Below, piece after piece: positions 39,200 to 44,942 of a DNA stretch of 44,942 nt. The number at the start of each line of letters is the position of its first letter. Position 1 is the first letter of the stretch. The translations under genes were made by a program, and so were the position numbers. The stretch comes from a virus (Duplodnaviria > Caudoviricetes), in IMG/VR virus record IMGVR_UViG_3300044580_000130, positions 1 to 44,942 of that record, one strand, 5' to 3'. Below the pieces are notes generated by a model. It was not told the DNA's origin, did no database searches, and was given only the letters and a program-made list of their open reading frames with translations.

Positions 39200-40578
39200 A
39201 AGACAGAGTAGTCCAGTTTCCGAACCGTTACCAACTCGTTTCGGTGGCCGGGACAAGCGATACGTTTGATTTAGTCCCGGCTCCAGGGATCGTAACAGAA
39301 GAAGGTACGGACATAAACAAGGCCGCACTGCTGAAGGATGCGACGGCGGTGAAGCTGGGCCTTAATCCAACTAATAACCCCACACCTGATGATGCGTTCA
39401 ACGCTGCTGCTATTAAGGTAGGGCAAATAATTCAATCTGTTGGTTCTGCCCCTAGCGGGTATGCTCTTTGTAACGGCGCAGACTATGACATTGATGAATA
39501 CCCAGAACTTGGAGCTGTTGATTTAAAAGGCTTTCATTGGCAATTCAATTCCGCGCAGGGCAATCCAACAACACCTGATTACGGTAATGGTAAGTATGTA
39601 TACGCCTCTGGCGCTTTATTTTACTCAAATAACCTACTTGGGCCGTACTCCCAGGGAGCTACTTGGCCTAACAGCAATGTTGACTTTGTTAATGGGTATT
39701 TTGCTACTGCATATTTTACTGAATCAAACTTTTGGATATATTATACAACTAACCCAGCAGTAGCCCCTTCCAGGGTTTCTGTAACAGGGTATAACCCTAA
39801 TTATTCAAGTCCAATTCACAGGATAGTTTGGACAGGAACCTACTATCTAATAGTTACTCAGGTTAGTAATGACGTACAGGTATGGAGGTCTACTTCAATT
39901 GATAGTGGTTGGGCACAAATCGGTCGATTACCAACACCAATGTATTACCCTTATGGACTTTCAATTGTTAATGGGTATGTGGTAGTTGTTGGGCAATCGT
40001 CAGACGGCTCTGGTTGCATAAGCTACTGTAATTCAGCGCTTGTAGCAACAATAGGAAATTGGGCTAGTGTTAACACAACTCCAGTAGGCACTGGCGGTAA
40101 TTCTACTAATGGAATTATATATTACGATTCAACAGCAAATTTATGGATGATTCCGTGTCAAGATTCTAATACTAAATTACCTTATATCTACTACAGTTCT
40201 AACCTTGCTTCTGGTTGGACAGGTAAGGCGCTTGATTCGCCTCATTCTGATACAGGACAATTTCATTGTGTAAGACGTTTTGATTCAAAGATAATAGCAA
40301 TCTATCGCAGTAATCTACAGGGCCAAGTGTTGTATCACGCATCTGCTGTCGGAGGAACATGGTCTAAGCTAAGTCTCGGACAGACAACTATTATTGGTAC
40401 TTATCATGGAAAAAACGGTTTCTTAGACATAACGAATCCAGCCCTTCCAAAGCTTGTAATTCCGATTGGTCAAACTCCAAGCGGTGGATTTATTTCGGCT
40501 ACACGAATTGAGGGTAGTGCAAAAACTTTACCTACAATTTCTCTTACGGGAGCTTACAGCTATATAAGAATGAGGTGA
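39196..40578 (+). CDS. Tail fibre/receptor-binding protein with collar domain
   Basis: MKDRVVQFPNRY, EEGTDINKA, collar APSGYALCNG...YPEL, C-terminal LPTIS...YIRMR. Confidence 0.75.
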   Translation: MKDRVVQFPNRYQLVSVAGTSDTFDLVPAPGIVTEEGTDINKAALLKDATAVKLGLNPTNNPTPDDAFNAAAIKVGQIIQSVGSAPSGYALCNGADYDIDEYPELGAVDLKGFHWQFNSAQGNPTTPDYGNGKYVYASGALFYSNNLLGPYSQGATWPNSNVDFVNGYFATAYFTESNFWIYYTTNPAVAPSRVSVTGYNPNYSSPIHRIVWTGTYYLIVTQVSNDVQVWRSTSIDSGWAQIGRLPTPMYYPYGLSIVNGYVVVVGQSSDGSGCISYCNSALVATIGNWASVNTTPVGTGGNSTNGIIYYDSTANLWMIPCQDSNTKLPYIYYSSNLASGWTGKALDSPHSDTGQFHCVRRFDSKIIAIYRSNLQGQVLYHASAVGGTWSKLSLGQTTIIGTYHGKNGFLDITNPALPKLVIPIGQTPSGGFISATRIEGSAKTLPTISLTGAYSYIRMR

Positions 40579-40583
40579 GTTAT

Positions 40584-40817
40584 ATGAGTCAATTTATTAC
40601 CACTCCGCAATTGCCTCCAAAGGCCGGATATATCGAGGTTATCGACGGAAACGGCGAGCATGTTTATCAGAAGATAGAGACGGAGCAGGATCGGCAGATC
40701 GATACGGTTGAGTGGAACAGCACCCAGCAAATACAGGCACTTTCTGATCTTCTCGACTTCTACGAAGAATGCATTATAGAAATGGCGATGATAGTTTATG
40801 CGGAACCTTCTGAGTAA
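40584..40817 (+). CDS. Small tail-associated hypothetical protein
   Basis: FYEECIIEMAMIVY; RBS GAGGTGA. Confidence 0.7.
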   Translation: MSQFITTPQLPPKAGYIEVIDGNGEHVYQKIETEQDRQIDTVEWNSTQQIQALSDLLDFYEECIIEMAMIVYAEPSE

Positions 40818-40857
40818 ACTGTTACACAAAATACTTTATTGGTTAGGGGGTGAAGAA

Positions 40858-41019
40858 ATGATGGCGCTACTTTTCGCACAGAGGGTAATCCTCGGTAAAA
40901 ACACCTTTGCGCAGGTCCCTGCAACACTCAAAGAGGCGGTTTCCGACATTCTTGTCAGTGAATGCGGAATGCCCGAACTTGTTCCCGTTGCGTACGGCGG
41001 TACTCTTGTAGAAGAGTAA
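40858..41019 (+). CDS. CD1375-like small phage protein
   Basis: MMALLFAQRVILGKNTFAQVPATLKEAV. Confidence 0.7.
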   Translation: MMALLFAQRVILGKNTFAQVPATLKEAVSDILVSECGMPELVPVAYGGTLVEE

Positions 41020-41059
41020 TTTAACACCTGGCATTTGACGAAATCAAACATATAGCGGA

Positions 41060-41084
41060 ACCGCCTCCGGGCGGTATTTTTATT
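41060..41084 (+). terminator. Putative intrinsic terminator
   Basis: ACCGCC-TCCG-GGCGGT followed by ATTTTTATT. Confidence 0.55.
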
Positions 41085-41086
41085 GC

Positions 41087-41446
41087 TTGGGGGCGGAAGA
41101 CTTGGGAACTATTGAAATGCTCCTAATGGGCGGGGCAGCGGTGGCAATTATAAAAATCTTTGACGGTATAATTCAATTCGCACTCGGACGCTGGGGTAAA
41201 AAGAAGGACAAAAAGACAGAGGCGGAGTGCGCTACGGAAAACTCTATCAATGTACTCAAATCCGCGATGAAGGTTATCATGCTGGATCGCATTCTATACC
41301 TCGGCCGTGCTTACATAAAGGCTGAAAAGGTCGATGCAGATGACCGCAGGCGGCTTTGCCAAATGCATGAGGTATATCACAAACTGGGAGGTAACGGTGA
41401 CGCCGATCTTATTATGGCCGCCGTAAACAACCTGCAGTTGAAATAG
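41087..41446 (+). CDS. Single-TM lysis-module protein (holin-like)
   Basis: N-terminal TM segment; YHKLGGNG motif typical of this position. Confidence 0.65.
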   Translation: MGAEDLGTIEMLLMGGAAVAIIKIFDGIIQFALGRWGKKKDKKTEAECATENSINVLKSAMKVIMLDRILYLGRAYIKAEKVDADDRRRLCQMHEVYHKLGGNGDADLIMAAVNNLQLK

Positions 41447-41454
41447 GAGGAAAC

Positions 41455-41655
41455 ATGAAAGAACAATTTGCAAAATTAATCGATGCGTTCATCGCCCTGC
41501 TGAAGGTAAAAACGATTGTGACGCTCTTGATCGTGTACGCTGTTTTACGGCTCGCGTTCAGCGGTGTGATCACCGGGGTAGACATCATGCAACTCGCCAT
41601 GATCATCATCGCTTTTTACTTTGGCCAGCAGTCGGAGAAAGGAAAAGGTGCTTAA
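41455..41655 (+). CDS. Putative holin (two TM)
   Basis: LLKVKTIVTL...IIIAFYFGQQ, charged C-terminus. Confidence 0.75.
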   Translation: MKEQFAKLIDAFIALLKVKTIVTLLIVYAVLRLAFSGVITGVDIMQLAMIIIAFYFGQQSEKGKGA

Positions 41656-42113
41656 TGGTACACAGCTACAATGCTTACATAAACGCCGATCAAACGCTCA
41701 AAACACTTGACGGCCAAGAGTCTCATTTCAAGGTAAAAGAGTTCCAATGCCATGACGGCAGCGGGGCTCTGTTAATTGCTGATGAGCTGGTGGACCTGCT
41801 GGAGAAGATCAGGACGCATTTCGGGAAGCCGGTAACCGTTAACAGCGGGTATCGCAATCAAACGTATAACCGCAAGCAGGGCAGCTCTGACGGCTCGCAG
41901 CATTGCCAGGGCACAGCTGCCGACATCACGATCAAGGGTGTTTCACCGGCCGCAATTGCCGCCTATGCCGAAACGCTGATACCGAACAGCGGTGGGATCG
42001 GGTTGTATGCATATACCTCTGGGGGATTTACGCACGTTGATGTCCGTGTAAAACGCGCCAGATGGAAGCATGAATACAACGGCGGCCCGGAGATCCCGGT
42101 TTCGAAGTTTTAG
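41655..42113 (+). CDS. Peptidase M15A family (putative endolysin)
   Basis: HFKVKEFQC, VNSGYR, SQHCQGTAADI, FTHVDVR. Confidence 0.88.
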   Translation: MVHSYNAYINADQTLKTLDGQESHFKVKEFQCHDGSGALLIADELVDLLEKIRTHFGKPVTVNSGYRNQTYNRKQGSSDGSQHCQGTAADITIKGVSPAAIAAYAETLIPNSGGIGLYAYTSGGFTHVDVRVKRARWKHEYNGGPEIPVSKF

Positions 42114-42124
42114 GGGGAGTGAAT

Positions 42125-43159
42125 ATGCTTCCTCAAAATAAGGCGGTATTTGAGGCTCACGGTATTCCGCGCTGGTGGGACTATGGCATTGACGGTTCAC
42201 TCGGTTTGACAATGAGCTTTGAGCTGTTCCCAATCACGCCGCGTATGAACGGAAAGGTTGAACGCTTGTTTGAAGACATATCACCATTTATAGAGACGTG
42301 GAATTTCTACCAGTGGCACGGGTATATTACCGCAATGACACATCTGGAAGTTGCGCCTGGGCGCAAAATCGTCTCGGTTCCGATGAGTCATAGCAAGGGT
42401 GCGGACGGCAAAATCGGCGGGTTTCTTGTGGACAGGCTGCTGCCGTGGATTCTTGAGGCAAAGCCGGATACGGCATACAGAAGTTTAGATGACCCCACAA
42501 AAGGGCTTGACAGCGTGTTTGGAAAGGTAACTGGCTTCTGTACGCTGTGCAACGCAGCCGGGAACAACAGCACCTCCGATTATGCCGATTTGATTCAAGA
42601 CGCGGCGTGGCTCGGTATCGGGGCAACGCATTTTGATACGTTGGGCTATGTACCCGAGGACTATTCAAGTGTATCCGAGTATATAGACTTTACCGCAGAC
42701 GGGTATCTGTATGCTACTGACCGAGATGGCAGCGTGGTCGGTAATCGTGGTACTTCCCTGGCAGCGCCGATGATCTCCGGCATGTGTGCACTTGTCAATC
42801 ATTTCTTCATCAAGGCCATCGGGCGTTCGTTATCGCTTGGTGAAATGTACCGATTCGTGAAGGCGCACAGCAAGGACATTGGCGCTCCCGGCAAAGATAC
42901 CAAAACTGGGTGGGGCGTGTTTATCCTGCCTGACCCGAAAACAATCAATCCTTATGATTGGGTGGACGATATGACAATAAAAATGAAAATCGGCAGTAAC
43001 GTCATGACCGTTGACGGAAAGCCCATCGTGCTCGAACAGGCCCCGTTCATCGCACCGGATACGGGCAGAACGCTTGTGCCGTTACGCTCTACGATGGAGG
43101 CCTTTGGGTTCACCGTTGATTGGAACGACACGACAAGAGAGATTACAATAACAAAATGA
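42125..43159 (+). CDS. S8 (subtilisin-like) serine protease with C-terminal copper-amine-oxidase-N/stalk domain
   Basis: HG, NAAGN, GTSLAAPMISG, DIGAPGKDTKTGWG; then IKMKIGS...GRTLVPLR...VDWND. Confidence 0.85.
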   Translation: MLPQNKAVFEAHGIPRWWDYGIDGSLGLTMSFELFPITPRMNGKVERLFEDISPFIETWNFYQWHGYITAMTHLEVAPGRKIVSVPMSHSKGADGKIGGFLVDRLLPWILEAKPDTAYRSLDDPTKGLDSVFGKVTGFCTLCNAAGNNSTSDYADLIQDAAWLGIGATHFDTLGYVPEDYSSVSEYIDFTADGYLYATDRDGSVVGNRGTSLAAPMISGMCALVNHFFIKAIGRSLSLGEMYRFVKAHSKDIGAPGKDTKTGWGVFILPDPKTINPYDWVDDMTIKMKIGSNVMTVDGKPIVLEQAPFIAPDTGRTLVPLRSTMEAFGFTVDWNDTTREITITK

Positions 43160-43162
43160 GAG

Positions 43163-43210
43163 AAGCCGGGGCATCAGTTTATCGCTGATGCCCCGGCTTT
43201 TTTATTTTTT
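43163..43210 (+). terminator. Intrinsic terminator ending the late operon (between convergent genes)
   Basis: 15-bp stem AAGCCGGGGCATCAG/CTGATGCCCCGGCTT plus long T tract. Confidence 0.85.
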
Positions 43211-43216
43211 TAGTAT

Positions 43217-43681
43217 TTAGGTGCCCTTACTCTCTTCCAGCCAAGGCGTTACTTTATAATTAAGTTTTTTTGAAAGTGTAAGATACTCACTTTTCATTTC
43301 GTCGTATAATGTACTAAAGGCGTTGTCTTTCATTGGAGCAACTTCAGTGTTATCGGCTTCGTTAGGGTAATTCATGCAGGTCGTTATCTTAATAAAGTTT
43401 AAAATTGATCCTTGAAGTGCTTCTGAGGCTAAATAATCTTTATCTGCAAGAAACTTAACTATTTTCACTTGATCTTCATGCTCCCATTCACTATATGGCG
43501 CGACATCTACCATATAGTGAAATGAATTCATTTGCATAAATGGTCTGTAAAGTCCAAAATATTTTTCTTTAAGTGAATCACGATATTTTTGATAATATTG
43601 CTGAGCAAAAGCAGAAAGAACACCTAACGCAAATGTTAGAAGAGTAATAATTCCTTGTATTAATATTTCTAACGCAGACAT
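43217..43681 (-). CDS. Membrane-anchored hypothetical moron protein
   Basis: N-terminal hydrophobic helix, RBS GAGGAGG, AT-rich. Confidence 0.75.
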   Translation of the reverse strand: MSALEILIQGIITLLTFALGVLSAFAQQYYQKYRDSLKEKYFGLYRPFMQMNSFHYMVDVAPYSEWEHEDQVKIVKFLADKDYLASEALQGSILNFIKITTCMNYPNEADNTEVAPMKDNAFSTLYDEMKSEYLTLSKKLNYKVTPWLEESKGT

Positions 43682-43726
43682 AGATAAGCCTCCTCAAATT
43701 TTGTGTAGATATATCTCATTGATATA

Positions 43727-44203
43727 TCAGTCCTTGTTTCCGGCAATTAGTAATGCCTTAATGCGCATTATATCTACATTCGGCCTAAGCTTCCCGTTCA
43801 TAACAAGTCTAAGATATTTCTGCGATTTTGTATGTAGCTCTCTGATAAGATTCTGGTCTCCAATTATATAGTGATTACCTTCAAAAGTGTGTGGTTTTTT
43901 GATGTATGTCTCTGTAACAGGAAACATATTTCCTATCAAAAATACTCGTTCACTTTTATATATATTGCCTTTGTGATAAAACAGACAATTACCTCTACCG
44001 TACTTCTCCTCGTCCCGCTGAATCTTTTTAGTATAGCTTTCGATTTGCGTACTCAATGGAATTAGCCATATGATATCATCTTTATCAACAATAGCACAAT
44101 AATACGGTCTATTTTCCATTTTGTTATCACAAAGGTTTTTATCAGAAAACGTTTCAAAGTATTCATCGAGGGCATTATAAAGGCCATATTGAATTATTGA
44201 CAT
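43727..44203 (-). CDS. cptN: Type III toxin-antitoxin toxin (endoribonuclease), CptN family
   Basis: NK.ENRPYYC, IWLIPLSTQI, FLIGNMFPV, YIKKP recall CptN; start re-assigned to ATG 44203 after GGTGG RBS; repeat and terminator architecture upstream. Confidence 0.85.
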   Translation of the reverse strand: MSIIQYGLYNALDEYFETFSDKNLCDNKMENRPYYCAIVDKDDIIWLIPLSTQIESYTKKIQRDEEKYGRGNCLFYHKGNIYKSERVFLIGNMFPVTETYIKKPHTFEGNHYIIGDQNLIRELHTKSQKYLRLVMNGKLRPNVDIMRIKALLIAGNKD

Positions 44204-44223
44204 TATTATCACCCACCAAAAGT

Positions 44224-44251
44224 AAAACCCCTCTTGCCAAAGAGGGGTTTT
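44224..44251 (-). terminator. Terminator between antitoxin RNA and toxin
   Basis: 12-bp stem AAAACCCCTCTT/AAGAGGGGTTTT. Confidence 0.85.
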
Positions 44252-44263
44252 CTTGCGTTTCAT

Positions 44264-44344
44264 GCCTGCAATTTATTAGTCGCACGCAGGCAGGCGACAA
44301 TCACAAGCAAGCCGTAGATTTATTAGTCGCCAACGGCAAGCGAT
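44264..44344 (-). ncRNA. cptI: CptI-like antitoxin RNA: two pseudoknot repeats
   Basis: Shared GCGACUAAUAAAU core 47 nt apart; both units fold as H-type pseudoknots with different S2 stems. Confidence 0.8.
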
Positions 44345-44424
44345 CAGCGAGCTCTAGGCTCAATACATATTATGTATCTTACGACTTGAGTATAAACGCT
44401 TTGTAGAAAATATTCTACGTTAAA

Positions 44425-44453
44425 ATTATACAAAAATAGGTAACAATATGCAA
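44425..44453 (-). promoter_or_regulatory. Sigma-A promoter of the type III TA locus
   Basis: TTGCAT-N17-TATAAT on the minus strand. Confidence 0.65.
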
Positions 44454-44457
44454 CACA

Positions 44458-44520
44458 ACGCATTAAAACGCATCAAAAAGCGTTTAAAAGCGTTTAAATA
44501 GCGTTTAAAGCGTTTAAAAC
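44458..44520. repeat. Short tandem repeats (AAAGCGTTT-like)
   Basis: Four AGCGTTTAAA copies plus two ACGCAT variants at about 10-bp period. Confidence 0.7.
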
Positions 44521-44552
44521 TACATACCACCAATAACTATTATTGCATGACA

Positions 44553-44588
44553 AAGCCACATAGAAGGCTGACTTCTGCGGCTTTTTTT
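44553..44588. terminator. Imperfect hairpin with T7 tract on +, next to the XRE gene stop
   Basis: AAGCC..AGAAG / CTTCT..GGCTT followed by a T run. Confidence 0.45.
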
Positions 44589-44590
44589 GT

Positions 44591-44806
44591 TTATATCTTT
44601 GTCCCGTCTGGGAACTTAAATGTGATCTCCAGCTTTACACCCAAGGTCGACGCCATCATTTCAAGATCGTTTTCGGTAAAATTATCGCGGCTGAATTTAT
44701 TGGACAGGTTCTGCCGGGACATTAGGAGCTTTTCCGCCAGTTCACCGACAGTCATGCCCTTACGTTTAAGGATTATCTTTATTTTCTCGCCTGCGCTTAA
44801 ATACAT
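44591..44806 (-). CDS. XRE/Cro-family HTH regulator
   Basis: GMTVGELAEKLLMSRQNLSNKF; ATG 44806 after GGAAGGA. Confidence 0.88.
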   Translation of the reverse strand: MYLSAGEKIKIILKRKGMTVGELAEKLLMSRQNLSNKFSRDNFTENDLEMMASTLGVKLEITFKFPDGTKI

Positions 44807-44828
44807 ATGTTCACATCCTTCCATGCCG

Positions 44829-44857
44829 AATATACATCAAAAAGTTTATCGCGTCAA
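44829..44857 (-). promoter_or_regulatory. Promoter for the XRE gene
   Basis: TTGACG-N17-TATATT on the minus strand. Confidence 0.6.
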
Positions 44858-44898
44858 TAAAAATATTTCAATATAAATAAAAAAGTTTCATTTATATA

Positions 44899-44927
44899 TT
44901 GACAAGTGAAACGAATTCGTGTATACT
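44899..44927 (+). promoter_or_regulatory. Strong divergent promoter reading out of the window
   Basis: TTGACA-N17-TATACT with palindrome ACGAATTCGT in the spacer. Confidence 0.75.
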
Positions 44928-44942
44928 TAAATCATGGAAAGG

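Larger units (their letters stand above)
1..44942 (+). mobile_element. Temperate siphovirus-type prophage (replication to lysis plus moron region); boundaries not visible
   Basis: Canonical order of replication, packaging, head, tail and lysis genes, nearly all on + with ATGA/TGATG overlaps. Confidence 0.95.

Noticed and set aside
36556-40578. Diversity-generating retroelement or invertible tail cassette
   Set aside because: No reverse transcriptase, invertase or template/variable repeat pair seen
44204-44263. N-terminal extension of the toxin given in the ORF track
   Set aside because: It runs through the terminator; ATG 44203 has an RBS and matches CptN length
44264-44520. CRISPR array
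   Set aside because: Only two divergent units plus 10-bp tandem repeats; no repeat-spacer pattern and no cas genes
43160-44942. attR site or tRNA gene
   Set aside because: No cloverleaf recognised and no partner repeat available in the window

Overview
The window is the right-hand ~45 kb of a temperate siphovirus (prophage or phage contig), probably of a Bacillota/Clostridia host (inferred from RecU, CptIN, CD1375-like and stalk-domain genes). Integrase, repressor and att sites are not visible. Order on the + strand: a 5'-truncated replication initiator with internal iterons; a cluster of candidate DNA-modification genes (C5-MTase, radical SAM, Fe-S PAPS-reductase-family protein, SNF2-helicase/amino-MTase fusion, DUF5131); RecU, a phage beta clamp, a PD-(D/E)XK nuclease and a second SNF2 helicase; many small accessory ORFs; a late activator followed by three TGTCA repeats; HNH, terS, terL, an inserted HslV-like Ntn protease, an HK97-type head, a long non-contractile tail with an in-frame G-T chaperone, and a mosaic tail fibre; a lysis module with an M15 peptidase and an S8 protease. 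A minus-strand AT-rich moron region holds a complete CptIN-type type III toxin-antitoxin locus (promoter, two covarying pseudoknot repeats, terminator, toxin), a membrane-anchored ORF and an XRE regulator. All family calls come from motif recognition by eye; no searches were run.
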